Positions 9,202-19,543 are shown, counted from the stretch's first letter. The stretch is 64,000 nucleotides of DNA from Candidatus Micrarchaeia archaeon (GCA_049966395.1 JBMFUT010000001.1:1-64000), one strand, 5' to 3'. A program made the numbers and translations. The notes: a model not told the origin generated them from the letters alone.

Positions 9202-10740
9202 ATGGCTGCGTCTAACTCTTTGACTACTGAACTTGCTGGCAGACTGAATGGCATTGCCATAGTTAGCTCAGACATAACCGACGGCGACTTGGAAGGAAGG
9301 GACCTCGAGGCGCTGAGCGCGCGCATAATAAGCTTCTTCGACGGCAAGGTTGGGATAAGAATACTTGACAGGAAGACGCTGCTTGACATAATAGAGAAAC
9401 AGCAAGAAGAGAAGGCGCCAATGCCTGTTGAAGTTATAAGGCCTAGCGAATTCAAGCCGGAAGCAGAAGAACTCCCGCCTGACTTCAAGATAATCAAGAA
9501 GGAAGTAAGGACGAGCGGGAACAGCTCTGACGCTTTTGTTGGTTATTTCAAGGACAGATTCTCTGCGCTGAGGGATCTGCTAGAACGCGGAAGGAACGCG
9601 TCTTTGGGAGGCACGCTGCGAAGTCTTGAAAAGCTGAAGGACTACGCTAATGGAAAAGAGGTAAGCATAGTCGGCATGGTCTACGACAAGATAACTACAA
9701 AGAATGGGCACATACTGCTCACATTGGAAGACGAGAGCGGCAGCGCCAAGATTCTTTTCATAAGGTCGGAAACTCCAGAGCTTAAGGCGCTCTTCGAGAG
9801 CGCCGGTAGGATAGTGAACGACGACGTGATAGCCATAAGGGGAAAGATATCCGGGCCTTTTGTCATAGCAAACATGATACTGTGGCCAGACATCCCAATA
9901 CACGAGAGAAAAAAGAGCAGAGAGGATGCAGGCATAGCCTTCATATCAGACATACACGTAGGTAGCAGATTTTTCATAGAGAAGCAGTTCAACGCCTTCC
10001 TCGCATGGCTGAATGGCAGAGTAAACTACAAGAGGGAGATTGCCGGAAAGGTGAAGTACATAATCGCTAACGGCGATCTTGTCGACGGAATAGGGGTGTA
10101 TCCGAACCAGGAGAGGGAGCTAACTGTTGACGACATATACAAGCAGTATTCCATCCTATTCAACTTCCTTGAGGCGATACCTGAGTACATACAGGTGTTT
10201 GTGCTGCCTGGCAACCACGACGCCGTGAGGAGGGCGGAGCCGCAGCCGGAGCTGCCTAAGGAATTCTACAGCAGCTTGGGCAGCAACATACACCTCCTTG
10301 AGAACCCCGCATACCTTGACATTGCAGGGCAGACAATCCTTGCTTACCATGGCGCATCCCTTGATTCTGTGATAAGGCAGGTGCCAAACTGCAGCTATTC
10401 TAAACCAGAAATTGCGATGACCGAACTTCTTCGGCGCAGGCACCTTTCGCCAATATACGGCGGCAATATCATAGTGCCTTCTGACAAGGACGCGCTCGTC
10501 ATAGACAAGGTCCCAGACATTTTTCACGTGGGCCACATCCACAAGAACGGAAGCGCAGATTACCACGGCACCCTTCTTGTGAACAGCGGCACTTGGCAGG
10601 CCAGGACGTCGTTCCAAGTTAAGCAGGGGCATGTCCCTTCGCCGTGCCTGCTGCCCATATACCAGGCCAAGGAAGACAGGCTTGTCAACATAGACTTCAA
10701 CACCCTCACAGAAACAGTGGAGATTGAGGGCAACAGGTAG
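9202..10740 (+). CDS. polB: DNA polymerase D small (proofreading) subunit DP1
   Basis: OB fold plus calcineurin-like motifs ISDIHVGS, GDLVDGIGVYPNQ, PGNHD, HLSPIYG, GHIH, NSGTWQ. Confidence 0.96.
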   Translation: MAASNSLTTELAGRLNGIAIVSSDITDGDLEGRDLEALSARIISFFDGKVGIRILDRKTLLDIIEKQQEEKAPMPVEVIRPSEFKPEAEELPPDFKIIKKEVRTSGNSSDAFVGYFKDRFSALRDLLERGRNASLGGTLRSLEKLKDYANGKEVSIVGMVYDKITTKNGHILLTLEDESGSAKILFIRSETPELKALFESAGRIVNDDVIAIRGKISGPFVIANMILWPDIPIHERKKSREDAGIAFISDIHVGSRFFIEKQFNAFLAWLNGRVNYKREIAGKVKYIIANGDLVDGIGVYPNQERELTVDDIYKQYSILFNFLEAIPEYIQVFVLPGNHDAVRRAEPQPELPKEFYSSLGSNIHLLENPAYLDIAGQTILAYHGASLDSVIRQVPNCSYSKPEIAMTELLRRRHLSPIYGGNIIVPSDKDALVIDKVPDIFHVGHIHKNGSADYHGTLLVNSGTWQARTSFQVKQGHVPSPCLLPIYQAKEDRLVNIDFNTLTETVEIEGNR

Positions 10741-10745
10741 GGTTT

Positions 10746-13700
10746 ATGGACATAGAAGAATATTTCAACGCGCTTTCGAAGGGCTTCGACAGCGCATATG
10801 CAGTCGCAAGCAGTGCAAGGAAGCGCGGCTATGACCCAAAGGACTACGTGGAGATAAAACCAGCACCTGATCTGGCTAGCAGGGTTGAAGGAATAATAAA
10901 CATGCCTGGCCTTGCGGAGCTGATAAAGGGGGAGATGCACGGGCAATCGAGGAGCGAACTTGCTTTCAATGTAGTCAAGGTGCTGTGCAGCAACGAGAGG
11001 TTTTCTATCTATGAGGGCGTAAAAAGGGTTGAGCTTGCAGTCAGGGTCGGCCTCGCCATACTCACCGAAGGCATACTGGTAGCGCCTACAGAAGGCATAC
11101 AGAGCGTTAAGCTCATGAAGAACAGGGACAACTCAGATTATGTAGCAATAGAGTACGCTGGTCCAATAAGGGGAGCTGGAGGCACAGCAGCCGCGCTCTC
11201 TGTGGCCGTTGCTGATTACGCCAGGAGGTTTTTCGGCATTGGCGCCTACAAACCAACCGACGACGAGATAGAAAGATACGTGGAGGAAGTAGACTTGTAC
11301 GACACAAGGGTTGCGCACCTGCAATACAGGCCCCCTGACGACGATGTCAGGACAATAGTAAGGAACTGCCCTGTATGCATAGACGGGGTTGGTACTAGCG
11401 ATACAGAGCTCAACGTGCACCGCGACATGAAGAGAAGGGAGGCGGATGGCAGGGAAGTAAGGCTTACCAACAAGGTAAGGAGCGGAATGCCGCTCGTCTT
11501 GTGCGAGGGCATAGCTCAGAAGGCCAAGAAGCTGCTCAAGGAGGTGAAGGGCGCCGGGCTTGACTGGGGCTGGCTCAACGACGTCATAAAGATAGACAAG
11601 GTAAGCAAGAGCGAGGGCCAGGAGCGCGAGAGCGTCTTCCTTGAAGAGCTTGTCGCGGGGAGGCCTGTACTTTCTTATCCTAAGGCGCCGGGAGGCTTCA
11701 GGCTTAGATATGGAAGGAGCAGGTTCACGGGAATAGCAGCAAAGGGCTTCAGCCCCGCAACGATGGTGCTGGCAGACAAGTTCATTGCTGTAGGGACACA
11801 ACTAAAGGTTGAGCTGCCTGGCAAGGGATGCATAGCCATGCCGGTGGATTCGATAGAAGGGCCCTTCGTGAAGCTTAGATCTGGAGAGGCAATGAGGATA
11901 AACGACGCAGAGACTGCTGAACAACTTAAGGACGAGATTGAAGAGATAATATCGATGGGCGACGTGCTTATCACATACGGCGATTTCAAGAAGTCGAATA
12001 CCCTGCTCCAGCCTTCCAGTTATGTTGAAGAAATTTGGAATGCGCAGCTAGAAAAAGCTGGAGGGCAGGCTGTCGGCAATCCTAGTTTCGAGGATGCTTA
12101 CAGCATCTCTGCCAAATACGGCATACCGTTGCACCCCAAATTCCTTTACGAATTCCAGGAGGTAACAAAAGATGACGTCGAGGAGCTGGCAAAGGCTATA
12201 ATAAGAAATTCTAAAATCAGTTTTGCCGAGGGCAGCCAAGGCAAGCGCGTATTCGACATAGAGAGCATAAGCATTGCCGTAGACAGCAGGCTGAAAAGGG
12301 TCCTGGAGCTTATGTGCGTGCCTCACAAGTTCATAAACAGCATGGCAGTGATTCAAGGAGGCTACGCTCAAAGCCTTGTAGCTACGCTCGGCTTCGCTTC
12401 TGGGCCTGAGGGCGCACTTGACGTAAGCGAGCTTGCCATAGACAAGTATCCTACAAATCAGGAAGACGTGCTCTCGCTGCTCAACGGAGTGGCGCCGTTC
12501 AAGCTAATGAAAAGAAGCACTACTATAGGCGCCAGGATAGGAAGGCCTGAAAAGGCAAAGGAGAGGCTCATGAAGCCTGCGCCGAACCTTCTTTTCCCCG
12601 TGGGCAACTACGGCGGAAAGGAGAGGAACCTCACTAAGGCATACGCTGTGAATTCCAAAAAGCTGGGCAACCCCACAATAAAGGTTGAGATGGCAAGGTA
12701 CAAGTGCGAGAAGTGCAAGAGAATGCTTGACACCCCGTACTGCTACGATTGCGGAGTGCCTGCCAAGATAGAATACAAATGCTTGAACTGCGGGGCAGAG
12801 TCAGGAGGCGAAAAGTGCGAAAGGTGCGGGAGCGATACTGTAGCCTACGAGGAAAGGGAGGTAGACATAGTGAAGGCGCTGGCAAACGCAATGAAAAGGG
12901 TGGGCGTCGCAAGGCTTCCTAACACGCTCAAGGGCGTGAAAGGGCTTACAAACAGGAACAAGGTGGTGGAGCCTATAGAAAAGGGCATAATAAGGAGCAT
13001 GCACGAGGTTTACATATTTAAGGACGGCACTTCCCGCTTCGACGCCACAGATGCGCCAATAACACACTTCTACCCTGGCGAGATAGGCGTAAGCCTTGAG
13101 ACTCTAAGGTCTCTCGGCTACGACAAGGATTACCTAGGCAATGAGCTGAAGAGCGAAGAGCAGCTTGTTGAGCTGAGGCACCAGGACGTAATACTGAACA
13201 GGAGAGGGGCTGAATACCTGCTCAGGGTTGCAAAGGCTGTCGACGACATGCTTGAAAACTTCTACAATGTTGGGAGGTTTTACAACGCTTCCACTGTCAA
13301 CGACTTGATAGGCCAGCTTGTGATAACCCTATCGCCGCACACCTCTTGCGGAGTGCTGGGCCGCATCATAGGATTCACTGATGCCAATGTGGGGCTTGCC
13401 CACCCGTACATGATCACTGCCAGGAGGAGGAACTGCGACGGCGACGAGGATACCACTATGCTGCTGCTTGACGCGCTGGTGAACTTTTCAAGAGAATATC
13501 TCCCAGTAAGCACAGGCGGCACAATGGACGCGCCGCTGATACTGACGCTGCATGTGATGCCAGAGGAGGTAGACGACGAAGTGCACTCCATGGAGGTCGT
13601 ATACAGCTATCCTTTGGAGTTCTACGAAAAGAGCAACGAAAATTCTTCGCCTTCAGAAGCAAAAGTAGAGCTTGTGGGCGACAGGCTCGGCACAAACGCC

Positions 13701-14198
13701 TCGTTCCAGGGCTTGGGATTCACCCATGGAAGCAGCATGCTCGCAATAAAGAGCTCGCCTAAGAGAAGCGTCTATTCGACGCTAAACACAATGCAAGAAA
13801 AGGTTGAGCTCGAGTTTGACCTCGTTGACAAGATACACGCAGTAAACAAGAAGGATGTGGCTAAGAAACTCATAACAAGCCATTTCATACCCGATCTGAT
13901 AGGCAACCTGCATACTTTCTCAAGGCAGTCTTTCAGGTGCACAATATGCAATGCCAAGTACAGGAGGGTGCCGCTCATGGGCAGGTGCCCGAAGGATGGC
14001 GGCAGGCTGCTCCTAACAGTTTCTAAGGGCAGCATAGAGAAATACCTGGAGATGGCAATAGAAATAGCAAAGAGGTACGAGCTCGAAGCATACATGCAGC
14101 AGAGGCTGCAGCTCATAAAAGAAGAGATAAACTCGCTTTTTGGAAGCGAGGATGAAGAGGCGAAGACAGGGCAGTTTAACCTAGGAAGGTTTGTCTGA
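10746..14198 (+). CDS. polC: DNA polymerase D large subunit DP2
   Basis: YAGPIRGAGGT, GGFRLRYGRSR, RRRNCDGDED catalytic motif, Zn fingers, C-terminal PIP-like QFNLGRFV; no intein. Confidence 0.98.
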   Translation: MDIEEYFNALSKGFDSAYAVASSARKRGYDPKDYVEIKPAPDLASRVEGIINMPGLAELIKGEMHGQSRSELAFNVVKVLCSNERFSIYEGVKRVELAVRVGLAILTEGILVAPTEGIQSVKLMKNRDNSDYVAIEYAGPIRGAGGTAAALSVAVADYARRFFGIGAYKPTDDEIERYVEEVDLYDTRVAHLQYRPPDDDVRTIVRNCPVCIDGVGTSDTELNVHRDMKRREADGREVRLTNKVRSGMPLVLCEGIAQKAKKLLKEVKGAGLDWGWLNDVIKIDKVSKSEGQERESVFLEELVAGRPVLSYPKAPGGFRLRYGRSRFTGIAAKGFSPATMVLADKFIAVGTQLKVELPGKGCIAMPVDSIEGPFVKLRSGEAMRINDAETAEQLKDEIEEIISMGDVLITYGDFKKSNTLLQPSSYVEEIWNAQLEKAGGQAVGNPSFEDAYSISAKYGIPLHPKFLYEFQEVTKDDVEELAKAIIRNSKISFAEGSQGKRVFDIESISIAVDSRLKRVLELMCVPHKFINSMAVIQGGYAQSLVATLGFASGPEGALDVSELAIDKYPTNQEDVLSLLNGVAPFKLMKRSTTIGARIGRPEKAKERLMKPAPNLLFPVGNYGGKERNLTKAYAVNSKKLGNPTIKVEMARYKCEKCKRMLDTPYCYDCGVPAKIEYKCLNCGAESGGEKCERCGSDTVAYEEREVDIVKALANAMKRVGVARLPNTLKGVKGLTNRNKVVEPIEKGIIRSMHEVYIFKDGTSRFDATDAPITHFYPGEIGVSLETLRSLGYDKDYLGNELKSEEQLVELRHQDVILNRRGAEYLLRVAKAVDDMLENFYNVGRFYNASTVNDLIGQLVITLSPHTSCGVLGRIIGFTDANVGLAHPYMITARRRNCDGDEDTTMLLLDALVNFSREYLPVSTGGTMDAPLILTLHVMPEEVDDEVHSMEVVYSYPLEFYEKSNENSSPSEAKVELVGDRLGTNASFQGLGFTHGSSMLAIKSSPKRSVYSTLNTMQEKVELEFDLVDKIHAVNKKDVAKKLITSHFIPDLIGNLHTFSRQSFRCTICNAKYRRVPLMGRCPKDGGRLLLTVSKGSIEKYLEMAIEIAKRYELEAYMQQRLQLIKEEINSLFGSEDEEAKTGQFNLGRFV

Positions 14199-14687
14199 CT
14201 TGCCGAGAAGCTTCTTCCCAAGCTCCTCCCTTGCCTTAAGATCCGCCTGCACCTTTTCAAGGTCCTCCTTTGTCAGAGACCTGCTGATTATATACTGCAT
14301 GTAACCTATTGATATCTGGGCTATGTCAAGTATTATCGATTGCAGCTCTGAAGATTTTAGCACCAGCTCTTTTTCAGGCTTTATTATTTCGACTCCGGCC
14401 GGTATGAAGTTGAATGCAACGCCTATCAGCGCCCCGAGATCCTTGAAAAGGGTCGTTACCACTGCGTTGGTAGAGTATATGTTGTCTATCTTTATTGGTT
14501 CGTCTATGCTCCCGTAGCAGTATATTACCCCGGGGCTTTTGAGAAGCTTGTTGTTTATCATGTCGGCCATCAGCGGCTGCAAGTCATCCTCCTTTTCGCT
14601 GTGCATGTCAAAATAAAGCTTGGCAAGTATGCCTCCTCTTTTAATTGCGTTTTCTGTTATCTCTTCCATTTCTTTTTTTGCCATCAA
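14181..14687 (-). CDS. conserved hypothetical protein
   Basis: 168 aa ORF overlapping the hisS stop; genome-typical composition. Confidence 0.75.
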   Translation of the reverse strand: MMAKKEMEEITENAIKRGGILAKLYFDMHSEKEDDLQPLMADMINNKLLKSPGVIYCYGSIDEPIKIDNIYSTNAVVTTLFKDLGALIGVAFNFIPAGVEIIKPEKELVLKSSELQSIILDIAQISIGYMQYIISRSLTKEDLEKVQADLKAREELGKKLLGKSDKPS

Positions 14688-15985
14688 ATCAACTCTTTTG
14701 CGTCTTCTCCTGTGGCTTTTATGACTTCCGCGGCATCGTTGACTGTCAATGCCTCCTCCTTTCCTGTTAGCATGTCCTTGAGCTTCACCTTTCCTGACCC
14801 CTTTTCTATGTTGCCTACTATTATGACGAATCTTATCTTAAGCGCGTTGGCATATTCCAGCTGCTTTGATATCGACCTGCCCATCACTTCGAAATCGACA
14901 TTGAAGTTCATTGATCTCAGCGTGTTCGCAATGCCGAGGGCATAGTCGGCATTTTCATCGCCGATGTATGCCACGAAAACCTTTGAGTATGTGGCTATGC
15001 CGCCGCTGCCGCCTAGTATGTCGAGTATGCGTGAGATTCCCACCGTTATGCCTACTGCTGGGAGCGATCTCTTGGAATATATTCCAATCAGGTTGTCGTA
15101 CCTGCCGCCTCCGCATATGGATGGCAGTTGCTCTCCGTTTCTCTTTACTATGAACTCGAAGACTGAACCAGTATAGTAATCCAATCCCCTTGCCAGGGAT
15201 GGCTCCACTTTTATTTCGGCTGCTATGTTGTACAGCTTCAAAAGGGATATCAGCCTGCGCATATTTGCAATTTCTTCTTTTGATTTGGCTATTGACGCTT
15301 CTATCTTGTCAAGCTTTTCCTCATTGCTTCCTGGCATCCCGAGAAAGCCGAGAAGCTCGGCTGCCTTGCTCTGCGCTATGCCAAGGGATGCAAGCTCCGA
15401 TGAAACAAAATCCGCGCCGCGTTTCTGCAGCTTGTCTATGGCTCTTATGGCGGCAACGTGCTTTTCGCTTGGAAGGCCGAAGAATTCAAGTATCGCGTTC
15501 ATTATCTTTCTGCTGTTTATCTGTATTTGGTAATCGCTTAAGCCTAAAGATTCCAGGGCCGTGGCGGCAGCGGCGATTACTTCTGCGTCGCTTTCTATTG
15601 AAGTGCTCCCTACTATGTCAACATCAGCCTGTATGAATTCCCTGTGCCTCATTTTCTGCGGCTCGTCGCGCCTCCATATGCTGCCTATCTGGTAGCGCTT
15701 GAAAGGCAGAGGAAGATCCTTGTTCATTGCCATATACCTGGCGAGAGGCACAGTAAAGTCAAAGCGTAGGCCCTCGTCGCCGTCCTTGAGTAGAAATATT
15801 TCGCCTGTAGGCTCATCGCCGTATGCCTTTGCGTTGAGCGTTGCTGTGTTTTCTATCGAAGGCGTACTTATCGGGTAGAAACCGAACCTTCTGAATATCC
15901 CAGAAACAGTGCTGACCAGCTTCTCCATTAGCATTGCATCTGCTGGATCGAGGTCGTTTACGCCTCTCGGAAGAGATATTTCCAT
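14684..15985 (-). CDS. hisS: histidine--tRNA ligase
   Basis: LRFDFTVPLARY, WRRDEPQKMRHREFIQADVD, LARGLDYYTG, GGGRYDNL. Confidence 0.98.
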   Translation of the reverse strand: MEISLPRGVNDLDPADAMLMEKLVSTVSGIFRRFGFYPISTPSIENTATLNAKAYGDEPTGEIFLLKDGDEGLRFDFTVPLARYMAMNKDLPLPFKRYQIGSIWRRDEPQKMRHREFIQADVDIVGSTSIESDAEVIAAAATALESLGLSDYQIQINSRKIMNAILEFFGLPSEKHVAAIRAIDKLQKRGADFVSSELASLGIAQSKAAELLGFLGMPGSNEEKLDKIEASIAKSKEEIANMRRLISLLKLYNIAAEIKVEPSLARGLDYYTGSVFEFIVKRNGEQLPSICGGGRYDNLIGIYSKRSLPAVGITVGISRILDILGGSGGIATYSKVFVAYIGDENADYALGIANTLRSMNFNVDFEVMGRSISKQLEYANALKIRFVIIVGNIEKGSGKVKLKDMLTGKEEALTVNDAAEVIKATGEDAKELI

Positions 15986-16036
15986 GACTATTATTATAAT
16001 TAGAAAGGTTATTTAATTTTGACAGGTAGCGCAATG

Positions 16037-16354
16037 CTAGATGTTCTGGGAGAGCCACTTCTTCAACGTCTCCTTAGGAACTGCCCCGACCATTCCTGCC
16101 TTTGGTTTCCCGTCCTGGAAGATCATAGTAGTAGGGATGCTCATTATGCCGTATGTCGTGGCTATGTCTGGGTTTTCGTCGGTATTGACGCTCATGAATT
16201 TTGCCTTGCTAAATTCCTTTGATATCTCCTCTATTATTGGTGAGTAGAACCTGCATGGGCCGCACCATTCTGCCCAGAAGTCCACCACCACAGGCGTTTT
16301 TGAATTCAGGACTTTTTCCTCAAAATCGCTGCTTGATACTTCTTCTAGTGCCAT
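16037..16354 (-). CDS. trxA: thioredoxin
   Basis: VVDFWAEWCGPC, IMSIPT. Confidence 0.97.
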   Translation of the reverse strand: MALEEVSSSDFEEKVLNSKTPVVVDFWAEWCGPCRFYSPIIEEISKEFSKAKFMSVNTDENPDIATTYGIMSIPTTMIFQDGKPKAGMVGAVPKETLKKWLSQNI

Positions 16355-16666
16355 TAAAAAAACCTCACGAAATATAATTTTGCACTGCTAAGTTTTTATA
16401 TCTGTCGCAGTGCTGCGGTTAGCGTTCTAAATTTATTGCAATTGAAGCGCCGGGTGCAGCAAATACTTGCTTGTGATGTCGTCTGCCATTGGAAAACGGT
16501 CACGTCTTCGCATCGGCAAGCAGAGACTAACATGAAGAAATCCTTATGATGCAATTTGCAAAGGCGTATATATTTTTTCTTCAATACTGATTATATTTTG
16601 TTGACACTGGGAATTCCGCATCTTAATTGCGGAAGCTTTGAAATGCAATTCTAATATAATGATAGC

Positions 16667-18229
16667 ATGCATAATGGCGCAGCAGAATTTAATACAGGCA
16701 AGGCACAGTCGACCGGGGAGTATATTGCAGCATACGTATTGATAATAGTCGTGGCTGCCGTTGTCCTTGCAGTTTTGTTCAGCTCTGGAATTTTGAGCAA
16801 CAGGAGCAACGCGCACTCTGGCTGCACGCCAAATCCTGGCTTCTTGTGCAGCAACGCTGTGATTTCTGAATCTGGGATCCTCACTGTGACTGTGGGGCAG
16901 GAAATTGCTCCTGAGTTGAGCGATGTCGACGTGTATTTCGTGCCTGGCGGCGGCAACCTGAAGAACGCGGCTGTCACAAGCTTAGGAACATTGAATGAAG
17001 GGCAGAATGTTACAGTTAGATTGCAGCTTCCTTTTGGTTCCCCATATCCAAGCGCGTACACTTATGGCAATTCCATAGAGGGATATGTTTATATTGGCTT
17101 TACTGAGGAGCAAATTTCGCACACTGACGAGCTCGGATCCATCAGCACAATTGTTCAATCTAATGCTACGACAGCGCTTTCAGGCATGCCTACTAACGTG
17201 AGCGGCATATTGGCGTATGTTCCAATTACTATAAAGAATTCGCAAAACGCCACAGTTAATGGGCCTTTCCAGCAGGTTTTGCAGCTTCCAGAGTCCAGTT
17301 ACTCGAAATACATTGCTTACAACGGAACCTTTGCAAACTTCGAATTCTTCTATGCGAATGGAACAATAATACCTGCTTGGATTGAGAGCAACAGCAGCGG
17401 ATTGCTGACCATATGGCTCAAATTGGCCAAAGGCATGCCAGCTTCCAGCTCAGTCACAGCGTATCTTGGCTTTGCTTCAAAGACCACAAACTTGCTCTCA
17501 GGTGGCGGACCAATTGGCGAGGCGCCGCAGCTCAGTCCTTCCTATGCCGGATACGATGATGGAGCAGACGTTTTTCTGCACTATTTCAACATGCAAAAGG
17601 ATCCCGTATCTTCGTCATATCAAGGCAGGTTTGCGAAAACCGCTGCAATGGGGCCGCTTGGAAATTACCAGCCTGTGCTTGTGTGGAATGGCTCAAAGGG
17701 CAACGAAATCGCATTCATAAATTTGGCATCTCCCTTGCCTTCCAGTTTCATCGTTACCGGATGGATAAAGACAAATAAGAATCCGTGGGACATTGGGCTT
17801 GGTGCAGGATCCAATTCTGCAGGCAAATGGGATGGCTATTCTGCAGACCCAGGGGAAGGCAACAACACCAACTTCGCCATATGGGAAACTTCCGGCTCCA
17901 CTTGGAGTCGCGAAATCGCATCTGTGCCCTACAGGATGAATACGTCAAGATGGTATACCGTGGAGTTCCAGTATGTTTCTGGGGGAGCGATGACAGGATG
18001 GGTAGAGCCTTTTGAAAACACTCTGGACGCAAGTTCATCTTCTGAAAAAGTTGCGGCCACTGATAGAACATATACGTCTTTTGATGCTGTAGAGCTGACT
18101 CCTTATTCGACGGTTCCTTCTTACGTTACATACTGGGCGCTGATTACGGTTAGAGCCTACCCGCCAAACGGCGTGATGCCAAGCGTAAGCTTCGGCGCAT
18201 TGCAGAAGGTGTCTGCAAGCAGCATGTAG
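16667..18229 (+). CDS. pilin-like surface protein with class III signal peptide and DUF2341-like domain
   Basis: KAQSTGEY followed by a hydrophobic helix; YVPITIKNSQ...NFEFFYANGTIIPAWIES...IWLKL...GEAPQLS..Y..YDDG..VF; C-terminal RAYPPNGVMPSV. Confidence 0.8.
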   Translation: MHNGAAEFNTGKAQSTGEYIAAYVLIIVVAAVVLAVLFSSGILSNRSNAHSGCTPNPGFLCSNAVISESGILTVTVGQEIAPELSDVDVYFVPGGGNLKNAAVTSLGTLNEGQNVTVRLQLPFGSPYPSAYTYGNSIEGYVYIGFTEEQISHTDELGSISTIVQSNATTALSGMPTNVSGILAYVPITIKNSQNATVNGPFQQVLQLPESSYSKYIAYNGTFANFEFFYANGTIIPAWIESNSSGLLTIWLKLAKGMPASSSVTAYLGFASKTTNLLSGGGPIGEAPQLSPSYAGYDDGADVFLHYFNMQKDPVSSSYQGRFAKTAAMGPLGNYQPVLVWNGSKGNEIAFINLASPLPSSFIVTGWIKTNKNPWDIGLGAGSNSAGKWDGYSADPGEGNNTNFAIWETSGSTWSREIASVPYRMNTSRWYTVEFQYVSGGAMTGWVEPFENTLDASSSSEKVAATDRTYTSFDAVELTPYSTVPSYVTYWALITVRAYPPNGVMPSVSFGALQKVSASSM

Positions 18230-18311
18230 GCAGCGTAATTGCAAGCAATGGCAATTGCAGCGGTTTTTTGATGCCACAGCAAAAGCAATTTATAGATGAA
18301 CTGCGCAATCA

Positions 18312-18370
18312 GATCAGTGATGAATCTAAGATCTGAGGAAACAATGATGAAGATCTTGAGTTCTGAGGCG
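18312..18370 (+). ncRNA. box C/D methylation guide sRNA
   Basis: Box C GTGATGA 18317-18323, D' CTGA 18333-18336, C' ATGATGA 18344-18350, D CTGA 18363-18366; all four boxes match consensus, with 9- and 12-nt guides. Confidence 0.88.
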
Positions 18371-18375
18371 TTCCT

Positions 18376-18603
18376 ATGGCGAAGATATCCAAGCAGGCAG
18401 TTAAAGAGATAGTGAAAAGGTACGCAAAAATAAACATAACCGACGACGCGATAGAAGAAATGACAAAAATGCTTGAGACCGAGGCTAAGAGGATATCCAA
18501 TTTTGCAGTGAGCAACGCCAAAAAGGAAAAAAGGAACAAGATAACAAGGAAGGACATAATGGACTACGTGCTCAAGAATGCGGGAAGCTGGCATAGGAGG
18601 TAG
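18376..18603 (+). CDS. archaeal histone (HMf-like histone fold)
   Basis: ISKQAVKEIVK...ITDDA...A..A...KRNKITRKDI: histone-fold helices and R-x-x-I-x-x-x-D motif. Confidence 0.85.
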   Translation: MAKISKQAVKEIVKRYAKINITDDAIEEMTKMLETEAKRISNFAVSNAKKEKRNKITRKDIMDYVLKNAGSWHRR

Positions 18604-18612
18604 GAAGAGTCC

Positions 18613-19164
18613 ATGATAGATGTAGGCTCTAGCGGAGATGGAAGGTTCAAGACTGGCTATTACGTGAAAGACGGCATAAGCAGGTTCTCGCTTTTCGAAC
18701 ATACAGGAAAAGGCACTCTTGTCACGGATTTCAACGAGGACGGAGAGGTCCTTGAGCAGGACTTCGTAGCAGAGGGAGACGCGCTCAAGGTGATAGAAGA
18801 GAGGTTATCTGGCTACGGCTACAGCATAAGTAAGAGAGACAAGTACGAAGGAGTAAAAATCAATGCGGAGTGCCCTTTTTGCAAGGAGAAGAGCATTGTG
18901 AGGGAACTCGACAGCGAGGATATGAGCAAACTAGGCAGCGTGCCTGTGGTGCCGATCTTCGTGTGCACAAAGTGCAAGCGCAAGTTCTACTCTCTCACTG
19001 ACTCCTATTTGGAGAAGCTTGTCGAAGGAAAAAAGCAGCTTTTTTCTGATTCAGAATTGGGCGAGCTTGAGCTTAACAAAGGAAAATTTATCGATGAGCT
19101 TCAGGAATACATAATAAGAATTTTTGCTTCCAAAAGGATTACAAGAATTGTTGTCAAGCGGTGA
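18613..19164 (+). CDS. hypothetical protein with Zn-ribbon (CPFC...CTKC)
   Basis: 183 aa ORF with two CxxC pairs, tightly packed after the histone gene. Confidence 0.8.
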   Translation: MIDVGSSGDGRFKTGYYVKDGISRFSLFEHTGKGTLVTDFNEDGEVLEQDFVAEGDALKVIEERLSGYGYSISKRDKYEGVKINAECPFCKEKSIVRELDSEDMSKLGSVPVVPIFVCTKCKRKFYSLTDSYLEKLVEGKKQLFSDSELGELELNKGKFIDELQEYIIRIFASKRITRIVVKR

Positions 19165-19168
19165 AAAA

Positions 19169-19411
19169 ATGGATGATATTAGGCTGTCTTCGCTCTATGG
19201 CAAAAAGATAATAACTACTGGCGGCAAGAACGTCGGCGAGGTAAAGGACATACTGCTGGACTTGGAAAGCGGCGGCGTGTCGCACCTGCTCCTCATGAAA
19301 CTGGAACACATAGCCAAGAGCGAAAACATAAGGCAAGCTCTCGCTAAAAGCAGCGTGCTCTACAGCAAGGTCAAGAGCGTTTCAGCATCAATTATAGTAG
19401 GAGAGAACTAG
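19169..19411 (+). CDS. PRC-barrel domain protein
   Basis: LSSLYGKKIITTGGKNVGEVKDILLDLESG; GGTGA SD before ATG 19169. Confidence 0.88.
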   Translation: MDDIRLSSLYGKKIITTGGKNVGEVKDILLDLESGGVSHLLLMKLEHIAKSENIRQALAKSSVLYSKVKSVSASIIVGEN

Positions 19412-19539
19412 TCAGTAGAGAGCTCTTTCGCCAGAGCCGGGCGCTCCTTTGCAAGGACCCTGTAGCCGCAGTACGGGCATCTTATGACGCCCTCAAGCTG
19501 CTTTATTTTCTTCCCGCAATGCAGACACACGTATGCCAT
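19408..19539 (-). CDS. rpoP: DNA-directed RNA polymerase subunit P (Rpo12)
   Basis: Not in ORF track; manual translation MAYVCLHCGKKIKQLEGVIRCPYCGYRVLAKERPALAKELSTD (43 aa), at the expected position downstream of rpl37ae. Confidence 0.95.
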   Translation of the reverse strand: MAYVCLHCGKKIKQLEGVIRCPYCGYRVLAKERPALAKELSTD

Positions 19540-19543
19540 ATTA

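Noticed and set aside
10746..14198. Inteins in DP2 (also checked GyrA/B, RadA, Cdc6, Lhr, NrdJ)
   Set aside because: Protein lengths are normal and the catalytic motifs are uninterrupted
16355..16666. ncRNA or small gene in the trxA-pilin intergenic region
   Set aside because: Only a 7-bp hairpin (TTCCGCA/TGCGGAA) and promoter-like tracts; insufficient support
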